Shown in pieces: positions 10,020 through 18,859 of a DNA stretch of 64,000 nt; positions within the stretch are counted from its first letter, which is position 1; each line of letters begins with the position of its first letter. Made by a program: the position numbers and the translations under genes. Origin of the DNA: an uncultured Ignavibacteriales bacterium (GTDB lineage Bacteria; Zixibacteria; MSB-5A5; GN15; JAAZOE01); NCBI GenBank assembly GCA_964611355.1, contig CAZSYD010000004.1:9034-73033 (forward strand), read 5' to 3'. The notes below the pieces were generated by a model. The model was not told the DNA's origin. It worked only from the letters and a program-made list of their open reading frames with translations, and ran no database searches.

Positions 10020-11648
10020 TTAGAAAAATTGGCCGGTTCCTACTGAAATTTGCCAGTTTTCAAGTCTTGGAGCATACGCAAAGTCAATCCGAATAATTTC
10101 CGCCTGCGTACTCCGGGTGATTCCGAAACGAATACCGAATCCGAAAGAGGTCCGCATATCGCCGATCGAAAAATTGCCTTCTCTCGTCCACACATTACCT
10201 ATATCGACAAAAGCTACCCCCCCTAAACCGACCGACATAACCTCAATATTGGAAAAATAGCGGTGCTCCAGATTAATGATCAGCCGATCTTCACCGCTTG
10301 AATAATAGGCTGGATACCCTCGTAGGCCGTTGTCTTCGTCCAAATAGAGAGTCAGCCCCGACTCACATAACCTGTCGGACAGGTATGATATTCCCATTAC
10401 AAGTGTATGATTGCTATGGTATTGGCTATAACCTTTAAAGTAGTAATTTATCATCCTCCGAAGGACACGGTCGCCCGCCCGCCATTGTTGGCCAAAGATG
10501 CCAAAGATCAAAAGCGACGACTTGTATGATGTCGTCAATTGCGGCGCCAAGGCGTAATACTGGTAATCTTCCCGGCGCCTCGGAAAACCCGCCCCCGCTG
10601 AAACGGTCACATCCAGGCCATGGTTCACATCTTCCGGCTTGCAAAACCTGTTTAGGCGCGTATATTCGGCGAAGTGAATCTGTTGCAGCCTGAAACCGGC
10701 TTGTACATAATGAATGATTGAATCCCGGCCTTCCTTCGGCAATATCGACCGAGTCATTTCCGGCGCATACATTTCAGTATTATAAAAGCTGCGGCCCCGC
10801 CAATTGATATCATTATAGCTATATAATACCATAAAGTAATACTTCATATGACCGGGCCCAATCCTATAATTATTAGTCAATTGTAACCCCTTGTTATTCA
10901 GCCTGTCTCGGCCCGCAAGGATCTCATTGATATAGTAGTCAATCCTTTTGTTGACCCTTGAATAACAAACATTGCCCGCCCACTTCTGGCCAAGAGAGTA
11001 ATATGGTTTCCCTGCCGACAGCGCCAGGCGTCCCGCCCTGGGGTTGTCGGAATAGACCAGCCCCAGTGATGTTTTTTGGCCTGCAAAACGATCATCCTGA
11101 ATCTCCATTTGATAGTAATTACGATCATCCTCAAGGATGAAATAATCATGACTCATGAAGATTCCGCGACCGAGAAGATTATTTTCTTCCATCCCGATTT
11201 GCAGATCATCACGCTTTCCGCCGCGATGAAACGAGACGCCGGTTATAGTCGACCATCTATCGGAAGTATTGACAACCATTATGTTTTTGCCGGATTCGTC
11301 CTTTTTCAAGAGAATATCCGTCTTGAAAAGATACGGTAACCTGTGCAGGTTTCGGATTGACTCGTTTATCAGGGCTGTATCATAAATATCCCCCCGGCTT
11401 AGTAATAATTCACGTCTTATAATCGACGCCCGGGTTACGATATGCATGTTGTTGGCCAGTCGAAAAATGAAGTTATCATATCGCGGGTCGGAAAAGTCAA
11501 ACACGTTTTCAGTGATTATCTCCACCGAATCGATAATCGGCGCCGGCCTTGTTTCAAAGGTATGAGCCGTTTCGGCTCCGGCGGCACAGCACATTATCGC
11601 CGGAAATAAACCGATGGCAAGAAGTATTTGATTTCCCAACAACTTCAT
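10020..11648 (-). CDS. Omp85-superfamily outer-membrane protein (BamA/TamA-like, POTRA + surface-antigen barrel)
   Basis: Signal peptide. POTRA-like segment IIDSVEIITENVF...TRASIIRRELLLSRGDIYD...IRNLHRLPYL. Long beta-barrel region. C-terminal beta-signal ...ISVGTGQFF. Confidence 0.7.
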   Translation of the reverse strand: MKLLGNQILLAIGLFPAIMCCAAGAETAHTFETRPAPIIDSVEIITENVFDFSDPRYDNFIFRLANNMHIVTRASIIRRELLLSRGDIYDTALINESIRNLHRLPYLFKTDILLKKDESGKNIMVVNTSDRWSTITGVSFHRGGKRDDLQIGMEENNLLGRGIFMSHDYFILEDDRNYYQMEIQDDRFAGQKTSLGLVYSDNPRAGRLALSAGKPYYSLGQKWAGNVCYSRVNKRIDYYINEILAGRDRLNNKGLQLTNNYRIGPGHMKYYFMVLYSYNDINWRGRSFYNTEMYAPEMTRSILPKEGRDSIIHYVQAGFRLQQIHFAEYTRLNRFCKPEDVNHGLDVTVSAGAGFPRRREDYQYYALAPQLTTSYKSSLLIFGIFGQQWRAGDRVLRRMINYYFKGYSQYHSNHTLVMGISYLSDRLCESGLTLYLDEDNGLRGYPAYYSSGEDRLIINLEHRYFSNIEVMSVGLGGVAFVDIGNVWTREGNFSIGDMRTSFGFGIRFGITRSTQAEIIRIDFAYAPRLENWQISVGTGQFF

Positions 11649-12020
11649 AATCAGAGGTCACTCACTTAACTCACCGCTCCATATGGCCGGCATCCATCAC
11701 GTCAAGTATATCGGCCCATTAACGATACTATCAAAGAAACCTTAACATTTATAATTAATCATACCCGCCGAAGCTCCTAAAATAATCTTGGCGATCTGGT
11801 CATCAGGGCTAATATCGCCCGTTTTGCCGCCATGCTGGAACCGATTCTCACGGTAGCCGTCAGATGGTATTATTCTGATCCTGACTACGGATATCTTTCT
11901 GCCAATGTGGAACTTAATCCAGGTATTCCGCTAATCACCCTAAAACGGCATTAAAAAAAACCGATAAAAACTACATACGTAGTGTGATTTCATAAAAACC
12001 TTGGAAAAAGGAGGCCAGCC

Positions 12021-12443
12021 TTGAGAAATCGTAGTAACTCCGGATTCACGTTGATTGAGCTGGTAATTATTATCGTGATACTCGGAATTCTGGCGGCCAT
12101 TGCGATTCCGAAATACAAGGATATTTCATCGGACGCCAGGGAGGCCTCCTGCCGCGGCGCTCTGGGCGGCCTGCGCTCAGGCATAACGATATACTATGCC
12201 AATCAGGCGGTCAAAACAGGAACTGCCATCTGGCCTGCACGCGATAGCGTAGCCACTCTCGGAATCGTTACGGAAATCGAAATTCCGAAAAACCCCTATT
12301 GCTCGGACAGTAATGCTCCTGACAGTATTGTCACAGGCGTTACCAAAGGAGCGACTGTCGGCAATCGTGGAGGCTGGGCCTACAATGCCTCAACCGGAGA
12401 AATCTGGCCCAACACAAGTACGGCAGGTGAGAATAACTGGTAA
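12021..12443 (+). CDS. Type IV pilin / T2SS pseudopilin-like protein (prepilin N-terminal methylation motif)
   Basis: AAAGGAGG precedes a TTG start. Leader MRNRSNSG | FTLIELVIIIVILGILAAIAIPKY is the canonical class III signal. Confidence 0.85.
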   Translation: MRNRSNSGFTLIELVIIIVILGILAAIAIPKYKDISSDAREASCRGALGGLRSGITIYYANQAVKTGTAIWPARDSVATLGIVTEIEIPKNPYCSDSNAPDSIVTGVTKGATVGNRGGWAYNASTGEIWPNTSTAGENNW

Positions 12444-12447
12444 AATC

Positions 12448-12537
12448 ATGAGCGGTCGTTGGTCTGCCGGTTAAGGTTTCACCTGGGTCGAGTTCGCCAA
12501 TAATTATTATTCCCCGCCTGACTACTATGGAGGGTAA
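12448..12537 (+). pseudogene. Possible remnant of a second prepilin gene (in-frame TAA inside the leader, truncated)
   Basis: Reads MSGRWSAG-TAA-GFTWVEFANNYYSPPDYYGG-stop. GFTWVEF resembles a degenerate GFTLIEL cleavage/methylation motif. Very short, so weak evidence. Confidence 0.3.
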
Positions 12538-12849
12538 AAACAGCCGCCATTGAGGTTCAGACAGTAATTTCGATTCAGACCATCAATCGCTCTTCGGTCG
12601 GTTATTCCGCCCCGGCCGACAACCGGAAACCGATTACTCCAGAGAGACCGATCAACACCTGCGTTAGCGCAAAAAACAACGAAACCGTTGTCCCGGGAGG
12701 ACTACTCAAGGAAACGACCATCGAGAATAAACAGAAAATGCCGCTCCTCGGTCATAACCCGGTTATATGGGAATTATTCACCCATATGGTAACCGAGAAA
12801 AAAAACCATCGATCTGTTAATATTGATTACGCCCCGGATTTTGGACTAA
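12522..12849 (+). pseudogene. Secretin (PilQ/GspD family) C-terminal remnant, frameshifted at an A8 run
   Basis: Not in the ORF track. Translation reads ...TCVSAKNNETVVPGGLLKETTIENKQKMPLLGHNPVIWELFTHMVTE, then an A8 homopolymer (12798-12805). After a +1 shift it reads KKTIDLLILITPRILD-stop. This matches the secretin C-terminal consensus (dGqTvviGGL...kvPlLGdiPlLGxLF...K.ELLIfiTPrIv). Only about 100 aa are present, with no N-terminal or N0-N3 domains. Confidence 0.6.
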
Positions 12850-13309
12850 AAGCTTTTCCAAAAAACAGGTTGTCCAGCATCCAGCGGTAGCTCTGGGAGA
12901 TTAGAAGCACAAGACCCGGCACCAGATAGACCAAGTCACGAAGGATAAGTTTATATCCGGCTGATTTGGCTTTTGAGCTTACCGTAAAACAACCGCACTC
13001 AAGGTCTATCCCGCGTATCACGTTGATACCGGTGGCCACCATGAAAACCAGAATCAGAAAAATCAGGTAATTGCGGCTGCCATTGTAGAAGAAACCGGTA
13101 ATAAGAAATATACCCGCCAAAAACTCTGAAATCGGCAATATCAAAGAAAAAATATTTATCAGCGATCCCGGCAACAGGTGATAATTATAAACAATGCGGG
13201 CAAACTGTTCCGGGTTGGCCATCTTGTCCAGCGAGGCGTAAATAAAAATTACTCCAAAAATGACGCGGCAGATAAATGTCAGGTAATCATTGGATAAGAT
13301 TTTATTCAT
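12827..13309 (-). CDS. MauE/DoxX-family membrane protein
   Basis: Four TM helices, the FIYASLDKMANPEQF start typical of DoxX/MauE, and a CGCF motif (DLECGCFTV). Confidence 0.7.
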   Translation of the reverse strand: MNKILSNDYLTFICRVIFGVIFIYASLDKMANPEQFARIVYNYHLLPGSLINIFSLILPISEFLAGIFLITGFFYNGSRNYLIFLILVFMVATGINVIRGIDLECGCFTVSSKAKSAGYKLILRDLVYLVPGLVLLISQSYRWMLDNLFFGKAFSPKSGA

Positions 13310-13311
13310 CT

Positions 13312-13830
13312 TTACGGCTCTTCCCGTTCGACGCTTTCACCTGTCACGGGGAGATTGTTGTCTCCCCATTCCTGCCAGCCGCCAAAAAAAATGAAGACAT
13401 GTTGAAAACCGAGGTCGTAAAGATACCGACCAAGAAACAACGACGACTCGCATTCATCGCCGCTGCAGTAGATCACGTATCCCCGGTCGCGGTTGAGGAT
13501 ATCAATCACCGCTTCCCAGGTTTCGTCAAGGTAATCAAACGGGATATTGATCGCCTTGACGATATGACCATACTTATAGTCTTCGGGGTCACGGGAATCG
13601 ATAAATATCATATCCGGTGATTGGTATTTGGCTACGGCGTCGTCCAATGTGACAAAAGGAGGATCACCTTCCTGCGCCGACGGCGGTTTTATCGGCTCTT
13701 CGCCGCTGGCGGTTCGTGACGGCCAGTTGCCTTTAATGGCAATACCTCCCGGGCGGGAGGCATTCAATACCAGCGCGGCCACCGCAGAAAAAATTAGAAT
13801 CACAATAACCTGCAGAAACCAGTTTTTCAT
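13312..13830 (-). CDS. Membrane-anchored rhodanese-domain protein
   Basis: N-terminal TM helix. Rhodanese core FIDSRDPEDYKYGHIVKAINIP...VIYCSGDECESS (active-site Cys loop)...FGGWQEW. A 2-nt gap to the MauE/DoxX gene, which is a common pairing. Confidence 0.8.
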   Translation of the reverse strand: MKNWFLQVIVILIFSAVAALVLNASRPGGIAIKGNWPSRTASGEEPIKPPSAQEGDPPFVTLDDAVAKYQSPDMIFIDSRDPEDYKYGHIVKAINIPFDYLDETWEAVIDILNRDRGYVIYCSGDECESSLFLGRYLYDLGFQHVFIFFGGWQEWGDNNLPVTGESVEREEP

Positions 13831-14241
13831 ATTAAAACGTTTTTACCCGTGCCAGCTTTATAGGTTTCCGTATTTATTGGTGGTAATTGGAAAAGTTAAC
13901 CGTTGCCTTCCTTTGCTCTCATCGTCTCAAATATCGGTCAGTCATGGCAGTTACTCCAGCCGATATGCCGTAAAAATCGGAATATCGGCAACCAAATTAT
14001 CGGTCTTGATACAAAAAAATCGCGGCATCGTCAATAGAAATCTGCATAACTTGATATTTTAACAATCGTATATAAAACCGTTTTTACAGTATCAAGATTG
14101 TCGGAAATAAATCTGACGAATTGGAGTATTAACGAACGCCGTTAATGACGTAACCGGGACGAAATAGAAATATACATCATGTCGGGCTCCGGCCAAAACC
14201 GGATCCCGCCATTTGTGTTTTACCCCTCGATCGTTGTGCCG

Positions 14242-14448
14242 TTACGCTTCGATTACATCCCCGATCTTGATACCCCGGCTCCTAATCGGTGTTTGATACT
14301 TGAGTTTGAGCAGGTCAAAGCGTCCTCCCAGGATGCCATTTACAACCAGCGCAAACCTGTCGGTTGTCAATCCCTGTAAGCCGTATGGATGCCAAAGATC
14401 TTTCTCCCCCCTGACAGCGTACTTGACAGCCCTTTTTCTCTTAGGCAT
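14242..14448 (-). CDS. Small basic hypothetical protein (68 aa)
   Basis: MPKRKRAVKYAVRGEKDLWHPYGLQG...GIKIGDVIEA. GGGGAAGG lies 5 nt upstream of the ATG at 14448 (the track used TTG at 14481). I recognise no family. Confidence 0.4.
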   Translation of the reverse strand: MPKRKRAVKYAVRGEKDLWHPYGLQGLTTDRFALVVNGILGGRFDLLKLKYQTPIRSRGIKIGDVIEA

Positions 14449-14641
14449 GACACCTTCCCCTAATTTAATTGCCGCCTTCAAGCGGTGAATAGTGGGGAAT
14501 ATCGCAGTCAGGTTCCTCCTTAATGCTGTTAGCCGTCCGCATTGCGGGGTGAGGAGTATATTTTTAGACTCAGCAGTAGAGAGATGGGTATTCTACTTCT
14601 TGCCTATACGTTCCATAATATAGGAATATTACATACACTTT

Positions 14642-14956
14642 TTACAAGATTAGTGCTCGTAACTTGTTAATTGCACGCTTCTTATAAATACTGACCACCT
14701 GTTGTTTAACACCCAGAATGGCTGCTATTTCCCGTTGCTTTTTCCCCGAAAGATAGAGTCTTATCACCTGTTTCTGGCGTTTCGAAAGCGATCGAGCCAC
14801 ATGCCATTTAAGCCGGGAGCGATATCGATCCAGATGTTCACTTCGTACGTGCTCCCCGATATCTTTGAAGTAAGGGGAATCCTCATTTGCAAAAGATTCG
14901 ATGAGGAACTTCTCGACGGCGATCTCGGCGAAATCCGACTCGCGCTTTTTCTGCAT
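14642..14956 (-). CDS. Stand-alone sigma-70 region-4-like HTH protein (104 aa)
   Basis: The C-terminal LSKRQKQVIRLYLSGKKQREIAAILGVKQQVVSIYKKRAINKLR is a sigma70-r4 / LuxR-GerE type HTH. No region 2 is present. Confidence 0.6.
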   Translation of the reverse strand: MQKKRESDFAEIAVEKFLIESFANEDSPYFKDIGEHVRSEHLDRYRSRLKWHVARSLSKRQKQVIRLYLSGKKQREIAAILGVKQQVVSIYKKRAINKLRALIL

Positions 14957-15028
14957 AACACACCTTTATTCCGCCCGCGCTTCCTGCCGGCGACCGAATC
15001 AGGCTCAACTGTTAAGCTAAGAGCAAAT

Positions 15029-15622
15029 CTAATTTTTGTGCTTCTTTATTATCTTATTCAACGAGTCGGCGGATACGCCAAAATACTTCTTGGCTTTGCC
15101 TTTTATCTCTTTTATGGAGACAGCTCGTTCGTAATTTGACAGGTCGGACGGAAGAGATGCAATCTCGCTGGAATAGAAGCCATAGATCATCTTTTCAAAT
15201 TGCTTTTGCTGGTTCTGCTTGAATTCCACGACTTCTTGCTCAGCTTCACTCAGTTTACTGTCTAATTGTCCGATTTCCTTCACCAGCGAATCCGTGTTTA
15301 CCATCGCCTCACCGGAGGCATTATCTAACGTGTAAGATTTAAGCCTGAGAAGTGAGTCGGAATAGAATTGTCCCAGGGAATCAACGTAGAACTGACGGAC
15401 CGAATCGATTAGATGTGATACGTCTTCTTTGCCGATATAATCTTCCAAAATCTCGGTTGATGACGCCCGGTCGATATCCTGTCCGGTCGCTTTATTCTCT
15501 TCCTGATGCGAGAACAAAGCGCGAACGTAGGCGATACCGATTAAGACCAGCGCCAGGGCAACTATAATAAGATACTTGCTGACCTTCATAATTCGATCCG
15601 TTTTTAAAATATCCCCTGTCAA
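15029..15622 (-). CDS. Single-pass membrane protein with coiled-coil region, unknown function
   Basis: TM helix KYLIIVALALVLIGIAYV. Coiled-coil-like segment (LDSKLSEAEQEVVEFKQNQQKQFEKM). Short HTH-like basic tail (KYFGVSADSLNKIIKKHKN). The start is uncertain: TTG at 15622 or ATG at 15589. Confidence 0.45.
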   Translation of the reverse strand: MTGDILKTDRIMKVSKYLIIVALALVLIGIAYVRALFSHQEENKATGQDIDRASSTEILEDYIGKEDVSHLIDSVRQFYVDSLGQFYSDSLLRLKSYTLDNASGEAMVNTDSLVKEIGQLDSKLSEAEQEVVEFKQNQQKQFEKMIYGFYSSEIASLPSDLSNYERAVSIKEIKGKAKKYFGVSADSLNKIIKKHKN

Positions 15623-15709
15623 AACCTATGTCAAGACATGAATCTTACTTGAAGGCAATAACAATGGTTGAAGAGAATATCCTGAACCGTTTGATTGCGT
15701 CATCTTATC

Positions 15710-17923
15710 CTAATAATACTTTGTCGAAAAATCAGCGCTTCTGACAAGCAGATAAACCCGGAACCGGCCCTGCTGTATTCCCGGTCGAGGTGACAGGTCA
15801 TCGGCGATTATCGCGCCGTCGCGAAACAGGTATGAGCGACTGTTCACCGAGGTCAGCCGACAATCCTCGTAAATGCGACGTTCGCCCCATTCCTTAAAAC
15901 GTTCAATCGACCGGTGCGAGAAGCTGGGAATCGTAACCGTATTTTTATTCGCATCTATCGCATCACCATAAAGCCGAATTCCTTCCCTGATGCCCGCGCT
16001 GTCGGCGAAAGAGATAATTACCGCCAGCCGTCCGTCAGGTCTCAATACCGAATTCAGATCATCCGGCTGAAAACTGATCGCGCGATACCACCGCAATTGC
16101 CGGGTATCGAGATTCATAACCTCGTCAAAGGCCCGGTAGCTGCCTTTGATGTAGTACGCCTGAGTAATGGGCGGTTCGCCGTCTTTGAAACCGACCAAAA
16201 GACCGTTAATACTGACTGAAATCGGCGCTGCGCAGGTGGTATCGGAGGTTAGATCAATTACCAGCTTAACGGCGTCGTTGTGAGCCAGCTTCGTACCGAG
16301 AGGTAGTTGGATTTCTGTAACCAGTTTTATTTCGGGATCTTTCAAGGGGGTGTACCACTCCATCAGATGAGGACGCGTCCAGCCGGTCATTGAAGTCAGT
16401 GACAGCAGGATAAACGGCGTCCATAGAAGCAGTCGCCGCGTGGTCGCTGCAGATTGCATCGGGAAAAGACGGATATAAATATACCCGACGGCAAGAATAA
16501 TAATAACCGTTATAAACATCGGGATAACCGGCCCGAGATACGCAAGCAGGATATCAGTTACCGTGCCCGAATTAATGACCAGAAGAAGTATTACCATGAC
16601 AATTCCGAAAAGAACCTTTTTCGGCAATCGGTCCCGACTTTTGAATCTTTCCACCGCGAACTTCAAGTACGCCGGAATCAGGATAAAAACCGCCGGCAGG
16701 GCGTTGAAATTATAACGCGGGAGAGAATGCAGAATAGTATGAATGCCTGTGTAATAGAGCGCAATAAATACCGGCAACAACAAGAAACGACCGGGTATCA
16801 TCGGCGCCGCCGCCATGGCAAGTAAAGTAAGGATAATAATTAATCGATGGTAAGAGATTTCAAACCATTGCGGTCCCTGCCGGAATTCATCGTGAGGCGT
16901 CCACCACATACGAATAATCTTTTTCAAAAGAAGGTTGCCATACCCGATCGGGTCTCCCGTGATATGATCCCCAATCGAATACGTCCAGAAATCGGCGTCG
17001 GCATAATCCAGGTCATACCCTTCATAATCTATCGACGATGAAGAGCGAATATTGGCCGTTGAATATTCCGGTGCGCGAATAGCCGGTTTGCCGTAATAGC
17101 TTGAAACAAAAATTACCCATGGTATGGCCGCCAGCAAAAACGGAATTAAATATAAAACCAGTGATTTTAACAGAAACCGCTTCCGTTTGAAATAACAGAT
17201 AATCAAAAATCCAAAAAGCGGCAGGGTTAAAAGCGACGCGGTCGGTTTGGTTAAAAACAGTATTCCTCCCACCAGACCGGCAGATAATATCGCCCAGCGG
17301 TTTTCGGCCAGATAATACAGATAAATTAGAAACAAAAACACCGAAATGAAAAACGACGTAATCGTCTCCAGCGTCAGGACTCCGCAGGCAATTATCAAAG
17401 GCGGATAGATAAGCTGAATAAGAGCGGCTGCCAGGGCCGATATTCTTCCCCATAACATAAATACCAGCATTGAAATAAGAATAATTGAGAGCGAATCAAG
17501 AAAGGCGTTTAGCCATCGGGCTGCTTGAAAATCGTTGTCCCACGGAAGAGCAAATATCGCTGCCAGAATAGCGGGATAAACCGGCCCGGAATAGAAAATA
17601 TACTTTTGAGATTCGGCCAGCGTTGGGACTTTATAATAAAGCCAGCGTATATCTTCCCCGTCGAGGTGCTTTACATAGTAGCGTCCGAAATCCTGATCGC
17701 TGTTTTCGCCTTTGCCAAACGGTTCATCGCGATCGACATAACCCAGTAGTCCAATGGCGGCTGAAGCGTATAGTCTGGCATCCCAGAAAACGGGCAATTG
17801 TTTGGCAAACGTCACGAAAGCCAACCGGCTGAAAAGGGCGATCAGGAAAATGGCCAGCCAGAGTATAAGATTTGACCTGGTGAGAAGAACCCGGGGGCTT
17901 ACTTTTTCCGGTTGCAGAACCAT
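15710..17923 (-). CDS. GT-C fold membrane glycosyltransferase, GT39/PMT_2 (ArnT/PMT-like), with ~250-aa C-terminal soluble domain
   Basis: 737 aa with more than 10 TM helices. The N-terminal pattern (LAFVTFAKQLPVFWDARLY... long first loop) and overall topology resemble polyprenyl-phosphate-sugar-dependent transferases. The C-terminal third is non-hydrophobic. Confidence 0.6.
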   Translation of the reverse strand: MVLQPEKVSPRVLLTRSNLILWLAIFLIALFSRLAFVTFAKQLPVFWDARLYASAAIGLLGYVDRDEPFGKGENSDQDFGRYYVKHLDGEDIRWLYYKVPTLAESQKYIFYSGPVYPAILAAIFALPWDNDFQAARWLNAFLDSLSIILISMLVFMLWGRISALAAALIQLIYPPLIIACGVLTLETITSFFISVFLFLIYLYYLAENRWAILSAGLVGGILFLTKPTASLLTLPLFGFLIICYFKRKRFLLKSLVLYLIPFLLAAIPWVIFVSSYYGKPAIRAPEYSTANIRSSSSIDYEGYDLDYADADFWTYSIGDHITGDPIGYGNLLLKKIIRMWWTPHDEFRQGPQWFEISYHRLIIILTLLAMAAAPMIPGRFLLLPVFIALYYTGIHTILHSLPRYNFNALPAVFILIPAYLKFAVERFKSRDRLPKKVLFGIVMVILLLVINSGTVTDILLAYLGPVIPMFITVIIILAVGYIYIRLFPMQSAATTRRLLLWTPFILLSLTSMTGWTRPHLMEWYTPLKDPEIKLVTEIQLPLGTKLAHNDAVKLVIDLTSDTTCAAPISVSINGLLVGFKDGEPPITQAYYIKGSYRAFDEVMNLDTRQLRWYRAISFQPDDLNSVLRPDGRLAVIISFADSAGIREGIRLYGDAIDANKNTVTIPSFSHRSIERFKEWGERRIYEDCRLTSVNSRSYLFRDGAIIADDLSPRPGIQQGRFRVYLLVRSADFSTKYY

Positions 17924-18855
17924 TCATAGGTCCTTTTCAATCCCTCGTCAAGGCTGACCTGGGGCTGCCAGCGCAGGCGTGTTCGAATCCGTTCGATATT
18001 CAGCGCCCGGCGCCTTATATTGTCTATGTCGCGCCGATCAATATGTTTCGTTGTCACTTCGCGGCCGTAAAGACCGGAGAGAACCGATATCACGTCCATT
18101 ATCCTGGTTTCAGTGCCGGTGCCGATATTGAAAATCATGCCCTCCGACCTGGGTGACAGAACCGCCGTCAGGGTGGCGTCGACGGCGTCGTCGACATAAG
18201 TGAAATCGCGCGTCTGCTGGCCATCGCCGTGGACCTGCGGCGACCGGCCGTTTTCAATCGCCTCCATGAACTTGGCGATGACTCCGCAGTAAGGATTATC
18301 GGGGTCCTGCCGGGGACCATAAATATTGGAATAGCGCACCGAGCTGACCGGCACACCGTACGTTTCATAAAAAGCATTGCAGTAGTTTTCACCGGCCAGC
18401 TTGGAAACCGAATAGGGCGAGAAAGTGTGGGTTCTCTCGTCTTCCGGAATCGGGATAAGACGCGGATTTCCGTAAACCGAAGCCGAAGAAGTATAAACCA
18501 TCCGTTCGATACCGTGTTCCCGAGCCGCCATCAGGATATTCAGCGTTCCGCCGATGTTAACGGCATAATCGATGCGAGGATTTTTGGTCGAGATGATAAT
18601 ATTGCGCGCCGCCATATGGACGATATAATCGGTCTCTTTGACGAGTCTGGAAACCAGTTCTTCATCGGTCACCGATCCCTTAACAAATTCAAAATCAACA
18701 CCGGAATCAATATTATCCAGAGAGCCGGTGAAAAGGTCATCAAGCACAATTGCTTTTCCGCCGCAGGCCGCCACCCGGGCGGTTAGATTGGAACCGACAA
18801 AACCGGCGCCGCCGGTTATAAGAACCTTTTTCCCGGAAAAATCGATCTCGGTCAT
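17899..18855 (-). CDS. NAD-dependent nucleotide-sugar epimerase/dehydratase (extended SDR)
   Basis: Rossmann motif VLITGGAGFVGSNL. Catalytic YxxxK in PYSVSKLAGE. 318 aa. It overlaps the downstream GT39 start by 25 nt. Confidence 0.85.
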   Translation of the reverse strand: MTEIDFSGKKVLITGGAGFVGSNLTARVAACGGKAIVLDDLFTGSLDNIDSGVDFEFVKGSVTDEELVSRLVKETDYIVHMAARNIIISTKNPRIDYAVNIGGTLNILMAAREHGIERMVYTSSASVYGNPRLIPIPEDERTHTFSPYSVSKLAGENYCNAFYETYGVPVSSVRYSNIYGPRQDPDNPYCGVIAKFMEAIENGRSPQVHGDGQQTRDFTYVDDAVDATLTAVLSPRSEGMIFNIGTGTETRIMDVISVLSGLYGREVTTKHIDRRDIDNIRRRALNIERIRTRLRWQPQVSLDEGLKRTYEWFCNRKK

Positions 18856-18859
18856 ACTT

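Noticed and set aside
14242-14448. A possible Hfq/Sm-like protein, based on the segment VVNGILGGRFDLLKLK, given that miaA lacks its usual hfq neighbour.
   Set aside because: The spacing between the NG and FD elements is 4 residues shorter than in the Hfq Sm1/Sm2 motifs, and the flanking conserved residues are absent. The resemblance is too weak.
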